From positions 171,623,741-171,687,740 of the forward strand of contig CM041465.1 in the NCBI GenBank assembly GCA_023213395.1: 64,000 bases of DNA. The letters run 5' to 3'. Each line of letters begins with the position of its first letter. Within the stretch, counting starts at the first letter, position 1. This document shows, in pieces, positions 38,042 through 51,725 of the stretch. A program made the translations under genes and the position numbers. The notes beneath the pieces are model-generated. The model did not search any database and was not told where the DNA came from. It saw only the letters and a program-made list of their open reading frames with translations. This DNA is from Cycas panzhihuaensis. Lineage: Eukaryota; Plantae; Cycadophyta.

Positions 38042-41000
38042 TGTTAGAAATATTATGTATCCTAATGTTATCTTTTATAACTATTGAATAATGAATGTAT
38101 TTAATTAAAAGTTAAAAGGTTATTACAAAAAGTTTAGTGAAATAGACAATCATCTATTTTAATGAATCTTTCTCCTATAATTATTCTAGAATCTTTCAAG
38201 CATGGTTGGCTTGGAAGATTTGGGAGGCTTGCTGGAATGGTTATATAGGTAGAAGAGACTGACTGGAACTATAGAGAGAGGATGAGATTCTTATCACCAT
38301 TATTCTTTCATATATCTTCTTTATTATTATTATAAAACTATTATGTTTAGAGGTGCTTTTTTCTCCCTTAAAGGGGTTTTCCACTTGCCATAGCTAGTAT
38401 ATCTCATTTGGTTGGATTTACTGTTAATATTATATGATCATGCTTATGTTTATGAATTGATACCCTCTGTCCACAATGGTATCAGAGTAAGTTCTAAAAC
38501 ATTTTTTTTGAAGCAAGTATTTGGACCAGGACTAAGAATTTATTTAAAGGATAAAAATAGGGTTGTTTCTAACATAAACATTCAGATTTTCATAGTGGAG
38601 AAAGATCTGAAAATAGTCTCTGAGAGTTGTCAACGTAGAGACAGTATGGTTTAGCATCATCTTCCATGAGCCTTAGTATGATGTTAAGTTGCCCAACATA
38701 GAACTCCCCATGCAATAACACATGAATGCCCCTTTGTATACAATTGCTCATGGTCTTAGGTAAATTGTATGAGTTCAAACTTATTTTTTCATCTATAAAT
38801 GTGTAATTATTCCTTAAACTATATATATATAATCTAAAAAGTGAACTCTTTCTTCCTTCATTCTGCTCCATTGAAAGACCATAATTGTGTTGGATAAAGC
38901 ACTGCCACATATCATAAATGGCCACATCTAAAAGACCAAATATGAAGCTATATTAAAGATGTTTCATTTAGCAAACACCATATATATAAATGAAGACACT
39001 AAGATGCTCTGCTAAATACATGATGGAGAAAATCTCTATTAACATGTAGAAGATATAAAGATGCCACATGACCCAATTGCTACCAAAGAAAATTAGAAAG
39101 CCACAAATGAGAGGTAGCCATTGTAGCCAATATTTCAAATTCATGACCGTCTCCATTGTAATTAACCTATCCTCAATAAACTTTTCTACATGTAGAGCCT
39201 AAAAATACATGTAGATGAAGAAGCATTGAAGTCGATGGAGATACATGAATGCAAAGCAAATGTAGATGAGAAGATAAATCCACCATTGTAGCCTTGTAAT
39301 TTAGGGTAAAATTCTCTGAAACCCTAAATTTAGGCATTATAATCTTATTCCTTATTTTTCCATCCAAATTGACATGAAAAATTATTTCAATCTCATGTAA
39401 TATTTTTTGCAAATGCAAAAAATATTCTAATTTCATTTATTTTGATTTCAAATCTATTAAATTTAATTCATATATATTTTTTAATATTTTTAATTATATT
39501 TAATTAATTTAGATTAAAACTTCAAGTTAGCTAGCCCCCTTCCCACTAGCCCTTGACCATATTAACCTGCCATGTGACCTATGGACTTCAAATATTATAA
39601 AATCTAATTAATTCTTTTTTACATTCGTAAAAGGAATTCAATCTAGTTAATTATAATTTTAGGGCTGCTAGCTCCCTTCCTGCCAGCCCCTAGTCTTGTG
39701 AGCCCCCTTATGTCTCCCTATTCCTATTTTTTGAAAGGGGATTAAACCCTTAATTTCAACCACCTCCCCCCTGCCCCCATTTTCCAAATAGGGTACTTAT
39801 ATATTTTAAGCCATAACTTTTTCTTCCAGACTCTTAAATTAGTTCTAGAAGTTGCATTAGATTCTTGATTTAGAAGTTGATGTTTTAACTAGTTATTCAA
39901 GTAATTTGGATGCCATCTTGATCTACAAAATCTCATGCAAAATTAAGCATCCAATTGGGTTCAAGTAAGTAAAGGTACGTGACTTCAACCAATAATTTTT
40001 CTTTATATTTTTTAAATTTATTACTTTAATTCAATACATATTTAATCTTTTATCAAATTCATTAATTCACTACATCATTTTTCTGCTTAACTTTTAATAA
40101 ATTCATGTAATTTATTAAGCAAATAATTAAGTTACTATTTTACTATTATTTAATACAAATGATATTATAAATATTCAAGTGTTTACATATTTGATTTAAA
40201 TTTTTAAGTGTATGATTAAATTTACACCTTTCAATTACCACAATTAACTTTTAATGTGTTAAAGGATTTATTTCTTTATATTATTAATATAACTACATTT
40301 ATTCATGCTTTGTAATAAATCAATGATATTTTCTCTTAATTAAAATTAAATGTTATGATTATATTTAATTGTGAATTAATATATTTTTTTTTCACCTTCT
40401 TGTTCTTATTAAAGAGGATCTCTAGTCATCAATTTCTTACCTAATATGGCACTCATGCTAGGTATAACCTCCTATACTCTAATTCTAGTTTTAATTGGAT
40501 CTAATTGTGTTGATTGGAAAACTAGAATATCTCATCACCTAAAGTAACAAAAACTTTAGCAATATATTACAAGAGAATTTGAAAAACCTATAGATATTAA
40601 ATCAGAAGCTTATATGGTATATCTAATGAGCTATGATGGAGCCTTAGGCACTATCTTATCCTCTCTCTCATTAGATATAAGTAGGTATTTCTCTATAATA
40701 AGTGGTCTTGCCTTCGTCTGAAACAAACTTAAGGAAAAGTATGATAAGGTTGATGTATAAAAGCTAGTTATTCTCAAATAATAAATGTATGATCTAAACA
40801 ATGAAGATTTCTCCAAAGTTGTGGATTTCTTATTGAAACTTCAACTCATCAACAAAGACCTAAGAAATTGTATAAAATCTATGACAAAAGAAGGTGACAA
40901 AGTTACAACTATCATACATGCAAAAGATGACGATACGCTCATTCATTTAACTATTAACAAACTTTTTAAACATTTAATGTCTTCAAAGCTACTAGGCAAC

Positions 41001-41368
41001 AGGTTGGATACCCTTCAATGTTAATATAGACTAGAAAATTAGAAGATCCTTCCTAGGCTTTTTTTCCAAGTTAAAGCCACCAAACAAATCCAAAAACCAA
41101 TATAACCATCAAAATAATCATAATAATTACCCAAAATTCTAAGAACTCCATAGAGCTTGTTCTTGAAATAACTTCAATCAAAATTCTAAGTACTCTAAAA
41201 CACCAGGAATCTATAATACTTCTAAATAATCATTCTAAAAATGAAATACTTTCAATTCTAACACTAATCAGAACATAACTTATGCCTATTATCATAAAAA
41301 TGGGCATACAATAGATGTCTATAGGAATAGAATTGCTTCTGAAGTCTAGAAAGCTTCTAAGAGGATCT

Positions 41369-44300
41369 AGAAAGTTGTAATGGAGACAGAGTAGAGTAGG
41401 TACAACAGTTCAATCCATATTATAATCTATATTAAATTCATTTTGTACATTATTAGTAGATTTTCATAAATTAGTGATGTTAATGAACACTGGGGATTTT
41501 GAGCCCCGAAATATATATTCAGGAGGCAGGAGGAAGCCCACCTTAACCTCCAAATTTAAAATATAATAAAATAATAAACAACTTAAAATAAAATAATCTT
41601 ACATGATAACTATAGTGGCTCATATATTCCTAAAATCCATTTGCACATATATATATAATGAACATTAGTTTAACATTCTCTCCTATAATGTTCATTACAT
41701 ATATCTTCAAACTTTTCTTTAAATTTGTAAAACTTGAACTTTAAGAAAACTTTAAGAGAGAAATTAAGTGTTTGTTCTCTTACTTTATCACCATCATATA
41801 TTATTATCCTTGAAATGTAGTCCTCTTCAATAATGTGTGACTCACGTGGCTTCCAAGCTTGTCTTAGTAAGACAAGTTTAACTTGAGTAGGTGTAGTTGC
41901 ATTAAAATCTTTGTCTTCTTCATCTTTTACTTTATTGGAGTTAATTAGGTCAATGGTATATATATCATTATCAAATTTAACAATGTGATCATTAATTTAG
42001 TTGGAGTCATCAATATTAACCAATGCATCATTGTTAACCTACTCTAACATCTGTCCCACCTGTAAAACATCATCAATATAATTAGTTTCATTTTGTTCTA
42101 TGGTGTCTCCCCTATAAACTAATTTTAAAGTATTTCATATAGTTTTAGACGTGGTAATTTCACTTATACTAGTGAATATAGTTCATCTAATGTACCAAAA
42201 ATTAAGGCTAAAGCTTCATTATCATTTCTTGTATTTTCTTTAAAATTTGGTTCATTTTCTAAGTAACCATCTTTTACAAACTTCTAAAGATCATTTGTAA
42301 TAAAATATGATTTCATTACTTTACTCTAAAATTGGAAATTAGTTCCATTAAATATGGGAAAGGGATTATTCATTGCTATTGTAAAAGGCTGTAATATATA
42401 ATCTAAAAAGTATGGTCTTAATGAACACATAAGAATCCTTTAAACCTCTAATGAGAAAACAACTTGAGGTTGACATGCAATGTAATAAAACCTCTTTTCA
42501 AATGAAATTTTAAATTGATACTAATAAGATTCCTTCTTAACAAATAAGGGAGACAACATGATGATGAAATTAAAAAAATATATCTTTTAAGAGAAATTAA
42601 TGTGAAATGAGTGCACCCCTTTGAAATGAAGTAAATATAAATCAATAATTTTTTGAAATGATATAATATAAGCCTTAGGATAATGAATAACTTAAAATAC
42701 AATAATGTCTTTCAAATTAATGAGATTCCTTCTTAACATATAAAATAAGATAACTAGTCAATGAAAATGAAGTCTATATCTCTTTAAAATAAACTCAAAG
42801 TAAGATAGAATACCTTCTTAAACGAAATATATAATTAAATAACCAAGCTTTTAATATAACTCAATTAATCTCTCAAAGGAAATAAAATACTTTTTGAATG
42901 ATCTTATGTAAAGGATGTAATCTAAACACACTTTTAAATGCAATAAAAGAACCTTAACTAATGTTTTAGGAAAACTTTAAGAAATGATCAAGATAATGAG
43001 AAAAAAGGGCCTATTATGAGCTTTAATATATAAAGGAATAATCTATAAATAAATGAACAATAAATATGCTTTTATATGAGCCCCCTTTCAAGCTACAAAA
43101 GATGAAAAGTATGCTTTGAATATAACCTTGAAATATGCACTTTTATTTGACTTTGAATGAACTTTAAAAATATCCTTTAAAAAGGTAAATTAACTCAAAA
43201 AATAAGTGAAATAGGCTTGAAATAAACTTAAAATTAAAGTAAATAAACCATGGCATGTAATAACAACTTTAAAAACAAAGATATTAAGAGTTAGAGAGCA
43301 CCAATTTAAAAAAATTATTTTCAAAAGTCTCTTTCTTCTTCAGGGGGCTTAATATGACTAAAAAACTATAAAATTTAAATGTGAGCTTCTAAAACTAGAT
43401 GAAATTAGTCAACAATAGATAAGTAAATCAATAACATATAGGTGTGCCAAGGTAGAATTGAAAATTAGTTTAAAATAACTAAAAAATGATCAAACTAGGG
43501 TCAACTAGGAAGCCTAATTTCAATAGCCTTAAAACCCTACAAAATAGCCTCAAATCTTATTAAAAATAACTTCAATATGTAGATATTCAAAATGTCTTTC
43601 TAACGGATCTAACCATTTGAAAAACAAACTCCTAGATCAAAAGTTATAACGAAAATATTATAAGGTAATAGAACTAAGTGGGGGTAGGGGAGGGTAAGCC
43701 CCTTAGGCAAATTAACCCCTAGTCATGTGAGGGTCAATATGACCACCTAAAGGGGTTGTAAACTTAAAAAATTATCAAAAAATTATAAAATTTTTAAAAT
43801 CTAAAATTATACAATATAGTTAAATGGGTTTTCAAATCCACCCCCTAATCTGAAAATTAAGATCATATAGGACCTCAATGAGACCACCAGTTAGGGTTAA
43901 AGGGGGGCTAATGGATTGGAAAATTTATAGAATATAATTAAACCTTTTAAAAACTAAAATAACTAAAAGGAACATAATCACTTTTGGAACCTGCTCCCTA
44001 TAAAGTTAACACCATAGTCACGCGGGGGATCTATGTGACTTATCGCTAATGGCGAAGAGGGATAAGGCCAAAAATGCATGGATAAAATCTAATTTTATCA
44101 AATCTAATTTATTTTTTTAAGAAAAATAAATAATCTCACTAAAATAAAATACCCATTAACAAGCAACTACATAGATCTAAAAGATACGATTTAAATTTAA
44201 AAGAAATCGATAAAAAATAGAATAAACCAATTTTAGGGGTGCCAAGAATATATGAAAGAAAAAAAATTTGAAACAAATATATTTATATATTAAAGAAATA

Positions 44301-45673
44301 TGAATAAAACCTGACAATCATGTGAGTTTCCTGTGTTGCCTCTACATTTCATTTATTCTCATTCTAAGCTACACTATGTATTTGCATCCTAATTTTGAGT
44401 TTTTGGAAGTAGTACTTTTATCATTCTGTTTTGTTGGATTAATGGTGCAGCTCAGAGGGAGTGAGACACAGTGCAAAGATCACTCGGTGTAGTGCATAGT
44501 CATGTGAAGAAAGGTATAGATTAGACATATAGAGGATCTATGAAGGAATGGCTTCCAGAGCATTGCTCTCCACTATATTTTTATTTTATTCAGTGGCTAT
44601 ATTGGCAAAATTGACTTTTGATGGGAAAGATGTTAATATCATCTATATACGGATGAGGAAAATCATCAAAGTGGAATTGGGTATGCCAAAACTTGATTTA
44701 GATGGTTTGATTCTTCCTTCTCTTGAGGAAATATAAGTTGAGCATGGTTTGTTTTTCTTAATCTTCTAATATGTTATTTTGATCATACTCTCCTTACTTT
44801 TCCTGTGGCTATAATGATGAATGCCATCTTTGAGTGGGTTTTACTGGCAATGGCATCTTCCACAAATCTTGATAGAAGGTGTGAGCTTTGCTTAAAGTTT
44901 CTTTTACATAAAGGAGAGGAACCAACTAGTTGATCCTCTATTTCTTCTTATCGATGAGGGGCTTTACACAATTAGACTGTTAATCACACAAGGGCGATGA
45001 TAGTCGTAAGCATATATATTGAGATTTCCTTAGATATAGCTTAAACCATGAAATCCTCCATCTCACACAAAGGCAAAATGAAATGGATACATAAAATTAA
45101 TGGCCACTAATGCAAATATATATGCTTTGATATTTGATTTAATAGATTATTAATATAGAAAACTATAAAGTGGTCATCTTTTGACTGTAGGATAATCCAC
45201 AAGTACTACTCTATAACTATCTCCACCTCAGGTCCAAAATCAAATAAATTAACTAGATATATTCCAAAACCAAGAATAATATATAGATGCAATGTTATAC
45301 TCATTCTCAATGCTCAATAATTAAGATGTAGGTCTCTTCACACAATGGGGTATCAACAAATAGATAAACATGCGATACATAAACTTACTTTGATACTAAA
45401 TAAAAGTTGCAATAGAGATAGAGTAAAGCAGGTATAATAGTTCAATCTATATTACAATCTATATTTAAGTCATTTTGTACATTGCTAATAATTTTTTATA
45501 GATTGGTGGTGTTGATGAATACTGTGGGTTTTGAGCACTGAAATATATATTCAGGAGGTAGGCAGGAGCTTGCCTCAACCTCTAAATTTAAAATACAATA
45601 AAATAGTGAATAATTTAAAATAAAATAATCTTACCTAATGGCTATACTAGCTTGCATGTTCCCAAGATCCATT

Positions 45674-45749
<76 letters not shown>

Positions 45750-45765
45750 GAATATTAGTCCAACA
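41369..45765 (-). mobile_element. Gag-only (TR-GAG-like) Copia-derived element, copy A (LTRs 41369-41675 and 45401-45765)
   Basis: TSD GATCT (41364-41368 and 45766-45770), degenerate PBS complement near 45388-45398, PPT complement 41676-41689. ORF remnant ~42373-41700 begins MNNPFPIFNGTNFQF*SKVMKSYFITNDL*KFVKDGY. Confidence 0.8.
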
Positions 45766-46605
45766 GATCTAACCATGATCCCATAATTCTAATCATTCTT
45801 TAACTACCACCACATCAGCACTTTCTACCTCTACTTCATAACCATCTTTGTAGATCTTAGATTCTAGTACATCCCATCATATGATAGGCCACCAAGAATA
45901 TCTAAATTCCTATTAGTCTGATCTTAATTCTAAAGAGGAAATTTCTTTCAGAAATGGATCTTAGTTGAAAGTTAAAGGTATTGGTGATGTTACCTTAAAA
46001 GATGGTTCAATCAAAGATGTATTCTATATTTCAAACTTGCTTCACAATCTCTTATATATTTATCAAAATTACTAGAAAGACCTTATTATCAAACTCTGTT
46101 AGGGATCTAACCCCTAACTTACCTTCTCTTATATTCTCTTATATCTTGTACTTCTTCTCTCTCTTATATCTTTATTTCTTCTACTTCTTCCCTTTTCTTA
46201 ATATCCCACATGCATAAGTAGAAGGTTGTGTAGTGGTCATTGAGCACTATATATATTCATGTAATATCCCACATGCATAAGGAGGCGGTTGAGTAGTAAG
46301 CATAGAGACATATATATATTTGTGTAATCCTTAGAGTATGATATCTTGAATATCATTATTAATTGTATGTAATTGGGAGGTTGCCCCCTCGAAGGGTATT
46401 GCAATATAAGTGCTCTTTTGGAGTTATTTGCTTATTATATTGGTGTGTAATCATCATTAAGGAGTGGTATCCTACCAAGTGGTATCAGAGCGGTCAATCC
46501 ATTCCTTGTGGGAGAGTCAAGGTACTAAATAATCAAAATTTTCCATCATTTTTTTCTCATTAGTACCTATTCTCATTTGATTTCCATTTAGTTACTTTGC
46601 TTTTT

Positions 46606-47115
46606 GGGGGTAGATAACACTGCAATCAGGCAGCTACCCTAACACTGCCACTGGGCAGTTCTCTTTTGCATTTAGATAGAGACCCTGTGCCGGGGGTCTA
46701 TAAATATCACGAGGATCTGTCATTTTGGGCTAAGCGCATTGTGGCTTTTCCGTCCCTTGTGTGAAGGACTGGAGATCACACTCCTGAATCAAGCCTTAGA
46801 CAGAACTCGACTACGGAATTGTGCCTCCACGTACCTGCGGGTATATAGGAGGACCCCCTAGATAGGCCTTCCTAGTATAGGTAACCATAGGAAACCTATT
46901 GACCATCTACAATTTGTAGTGCCTTTGGTAGCGGTTAGCCAGGAAGTTACTCTGACGCATTCTAGAGGCGGGGTAGTACAACTCTGAGTAGAGCGTTTGC
47001 CTCTATAAGTTGATACTATTTACGTCTGGGATAAGTATATCAGAGGGCCTACAAACCAGACAAGCCCATACCTAGTGTGCACAGTGGTCCCTATTAGTGG
47101 GTTGTGCACACTTAG
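46606..47115 (+). other. Conserved structured 5' leader module (best-preserved copy)
   Basis: Stems GGGTAG/CTACCC, CGAG..TCTGTC/GACAGA..CTCG, GTCC/GGAC, CCTCC/GGAGG with TACC-TGCG-GGTA, CTTCCT/AGGAAG, AGAGGC/GCCTCT and GTGTGCACA/TGTGCACAC. Confidence 0.7.
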
Positions 47116-47393
47116 TCGGTCAGTGAGTCAGTCATCATCTATTTGTTAAATCGAGTGTCTCTAGCGATCATCATCAGTTCTTGTGCACATAGTCGACGAC
47201 CAACCAAAGGCCCAAAAAGTAAAAAAGAAAAAAGCAAAAAGCAAAAAGCAAAAAAAAAAACAAAAAAGCAAAGAGCAAAAGAAAAAAAAAATCCATATTC
47301 CCTCATATTGGGGATAACAGTCTATAGACACCCCGTCAAATCCTTTTTAGTCACATTTACCAACCAAGATTCCAACTTAGGTCTTGTGGACTA

Positions 47394-50300
47394 ATGGCTC
47401 CTAAGATGAACACAAGTTGGACCCAAGATCTTAATGATGCTATTTCACAACTTCGAGAAGATATATTACAAATCCAGAATGACTTCAATGAAAAATTTGA
47501 AGCAGTAATGCTAGAGCTCACATCCATGAAACCTCTTAAGGAAGAAAAGAGTGATCTTGATGATACTACTCACATAGGTGGGGGTCACTTCGCTAAAGAA
47601 GATGAAGGTAATGATGGTAGGTGCTTTTGTCCAAACTTCCTTCCCAAGGTAGAAATCAAGAAGTTCAATGGCACAGATGTACGCACCTGGATCACCCAAA
47701 TGGAACAGTACTTTTCTCTTCATCAAGTTCCAACAGATAAGAAGATCCCTCTTGCTTCTTTACACATGGAAACTGAACCCTACTAATGGTACCAATGGGT
47801 CATGAAAATAATTGGTGGGCTTAGTTATCAATGGGAGGGTTTTGTCAAGGATCTTATAGCTCAATATGGCGATTACAGGATCAGGACCACTTTAACCAGT
47901 TGGCTAAAGTTAGACAGGAGGGGACTGTTTCAGCTTATATAGCAGAATGCCAACGTCTCTCCACAAGGGTTGATGGTCTTTGTCAGGATAAATTATTTGA
48001 GTTATACATTGGTGGGTTACGAGATGACATCAGACATGAGTTGCGACTCTTAAAACCTGATAACATCTCTACAGCTATTAATTTTTCTCGACACATTGAA
48101 GCAAAAAATAAGGCATCCTGACCCCCCCAACGAACATTTCGAGCGACCACAATTTCGGGTTCACGGTACGCCGAATGACTTCCCAAGAGATGGATGAGAA
48201 ACGATTGAAAGGGTTATGTTTTCGTTGTAACCAAAAGTGGAATAAAGACCATAAGTGTCGTGAAGGATGGTTATTTATAATTGAGGATGTTCAAGATGAG
48301 GAACCGATGAAGAAGCCTCATTAGAGCTAGAAAATAATGATTGTGACCCACACGAGGAGGAAGAAGAAGATCTTGCTACTATATACATGCATGCCCTAGT
48401 GGAATTGACCCCTCAAACACTCAAACTTATTGGGTACATTAAGAAAAGGAAGGTGGTTGTCCTCATAGATTAGGAGCACCCATAATTTCATTAATCGAAA
48501 CTTCTTTGAAGAACTCAAGCATTTTCCATATCCCGTCAAAAATTTTTCGTGTTATGGTGGCTAATGGAGGGACACTCGCTTGTGGGGGAAAATGTCACAA
48601 TATCAAGTTGCAAATGGGTGACTATCATCTCTCCACTTCTATGTATGTCATTCCTGTTAGAGGAGTTGATGTTGTATTAGGGGTACAATGGCTCAAACCA
48701 CTAGGGACCATTCAACTAAATATGCAAGAGCTCTTCATCCGATTTACTTCTGAAGGAATTGACTATCAATTGAATGGGATCATTCCTCCACTAACCCAAA
48801 TCATCGACTCACCGTATGGAGAGGCTTATTAAAAGGGTGGTACAGAATCATTGCCAAATGTTATGCTCTAGAAGGTCAAGAACTTCCAACAGGGGACATT
48901 CTCCAAGATGATGGTATACCAAATGACTTAAAATTGGTACTTCTTTGCCATAACTAGGTCTTTCAAGATATTCCTCAAGGTCTTCCCCGATGCGTGACCA
49001 AGATCATAGCATTGACACGGTAGTTGGAAGTAATCCTCCTTGTATTCGACCATCACAAGTATCCCTACCAAAGAAAGAATGAAATTGAATGACTAGTTCA
49101 AGAACTCCTTAATCTTTGGTATTATTAGGAAAGTAAAAGCACTTTTACGGTGATTTTAGTAAGAAAAAGGATGGCTCATTTCGCATGTGTGTAGACTCTG
49201 GCGAGCTCAATAAGATAACCATCAAGGATAAATTTCCTATACCAGTCATTGATGAACTCTTGGATGAACTCCATGGAGCAATGTTCTTCACATCATTGGA
49301 CTTACGGTCAGGATACCATCAAATCAGGATCAAAGCGAGAGGATGTTCATAAAGCGAGATTTCGTACACATGAAGGTCACTATGAATTTTTAGTCATGCC
49401 ATTTGGCTTGACTAATGCTCCATCTACCTTTCAAGGACTCATGAATAAACTCTTTCGACCTTACTTAAGGAAGTTTATATTAGTTTTTTTTGATGACATT
49501 TTAATCTTCAGTCGTACGTGGGAAGACCATCTTCAGCATGTTGATAAGGCATTACAGGTGCTTGCAGACAACCAGCTTTATGCAAAAAAATCAAAATGTC
49601 AATTTGGGCAAACAAACAGAAATAGAATATTTGGGCCATATCATCTCTCAAGAAGGAGTCAAGGTGAATCCTAAGAAAATAGCAGTTATCACAAACTGGC
49701 CTAAACCTAAAAACATCAAGGGCCTTCGTGGATTCTTAGGAATCACAGGATATTATCGAAAGTTTATTCAAGGCTATGCAAGGATTGCTTCCCCTTTAAT
49801 AAATTTATTAAAAAAGGATTCTTTTCATTGGAATGATAAGGCCTCTGAAGCATTTGAACACCTAAAGCTGGCTTTAACTACCACACCAGTCCTTGCAACA
49901 CCAAACTTTACAAAGACCTTCACCATTGAATGCGATGCATCAGGGCAAGGCATTGGAGCAGTCTTAATGCAAGAAGGAAAACCTTTGGCTTTTGAAAGTC
50001 ATCGACTTACACTCAAGGAACAAGTCAAGTCCACCTATGAGAAGGAGATGTTAGCAATTCTTCATGCAGTTAGGAAATTGCGACTATTTATTGGGAACAC
50101 ATTTCCAAATTAAAACAGACCATGATAGCTTAAAATATTTCCTATCTCAAAGGACATCATCTGAGGAACAACAAAAATGGGTCACCAAAATGCAAGCTTT
50201 TGACTTTGAAATAATATATAAAAAAGGTAAGGATAATATAGCTGCTGATGCTTTATCTCGTAAGGAAGAAGACTCTGCACTATATTCTATCACAACAGTC

Positions 50301-51725
50301 AATCCCTCTTGGATAGCGATGCCAAGCAAGAATGGGATGAGGACTCCTTTACAAAGCAGATCATTCAAGACCTTCAAGCTGGAGTAGGGCATTCAACCCA
50401 TTATACATGGTCCTCAAATATTCTCTGGTATAAGAATCGAATATATATATGCCCTCACTCTAGCCTTAAGGAGCAAAATTTACATGATGCACATGCCTCT
50501 CCAACAGTAGGTCACTCGGGGTTCCTACGAATATACCACCGCTTAAAACAGTCTTTCTTTTAGAAGGGACAAAAAGGACATGTAAAGAGATATGTTTCCT
50601 CATGTGAAATTTGTCAACGACATAAGACAGAAATAGTCAAGTCTCGGGATTCTTTGACCCCTTCCCATACCAAATCAACGATGGGAAGAAATTTCTATGG
50701 ACTTCATTGTGGGTCTGCCCAAGTCAGAAGGAAAAGATGCTATACTGGTGGTTGTTGATAGGCTAACTAAATATGCTCATTTTTGTGGCATTCAGGCCAC
50801 ATATAAGGCAAAGCAAATTGTTGAGGTCTTTTTAAAGGATATACACGGGTTGCGGCATGCCCAAATGTATAGTCAGTGATCGGGATCCCAAGTTTACCAG
50901 TAACTTCTGGATAGAACTCTTCCATCTACTTGGTACTAAAGCGACAATGAGCTCACCTACCATCCACAAATGATGGACAAACCGAGGTGGTTAATAAGTG
51001 CCTTGAAGGATACCTTCGTTGTTATGCTTCGAGATAAGCGAGGCGATGGCATCATTGGCTTCCTTTAGCAGAATGGTGGTATAATACAACCTATCATGCA
51101 TCAGCAGGAATGACTCCGTTCTAAGCATTATATGGCTATGAATCACCCACACTTAAAAACTATGCCATAATCAGTTCTAAGGTTCAAGCAGTCGAAGACC
51201 ACATCCAACAAACAACACATATTCTTAAGCTACTCAAGGAAAATTTGAACCTTGCATAAAATCGGATGAAACAACAGGCAGACAAAGGGCGAAGTGAATG
51301 TGTGTTTCAACCAGGCGATTGGGTATACTTACGGTTGCAACCGTATAAGCAGGAATCTCTCAAACGGAATGGGCAACATAAGTTACAACCTCGATTTTAT
51401 GGGCCTTACAAAATTCTCAAGAAGATTGGTGAAGTTGCATATGCCTTGGACTTACCACCATTATCAAGGATCCATAATGTCTTTCATGTTTCATGTCTCA
51501 AGAAGGTAATTGGGCAACAAGTACAAGTTCAAACAGAATTACCTATACTAAATGAGGAGGGGCAATTCAACTCATTCCAGAATGTATCATCGACCGAAGA
51601 ATTTGACATCTACGATCCAGACAAATCATTGAGTATCTCATCAAATGAAAACAACTTCCGTGAGAAGATGCAACCTGGGAGAATGAACAATTTATCCTAG
51701 AGCACCCTGAGATTACCAAGCTTTG
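47394..51725 (+). pseudogene. gag-PR-RT-RH-INT-chromodomain polyprotein, frameshifted as assembled
   Basis: Gag PKVEIKKFNG..W, protease [24 protein letters not shown] and [24 protein letters not shown], integrase MDFIVGLP, GPY motif KLQPRFYGPY, and chromodomain-like EYLIK..EDATWE near 51570-51720. Confidence 0.9.

Noticed and set aside
46638-46665. CCTAACACTGCCA, resembling the start of a rice twister ribozyme (also GCCTAAC..GGGGGCA at 28180-28224)
   Set aside because: The twister P4 loop and pseudoknot partners are not found downstream. No hammerhead CTGATGA..GAAA core was seen in these modules either.
46800-47120. CGACTA/TAGTCG pairing suggestive of group I intron P7
   Set aside because: No convincing P, Q or S elements, and the pairing is not evident in the other two copies.
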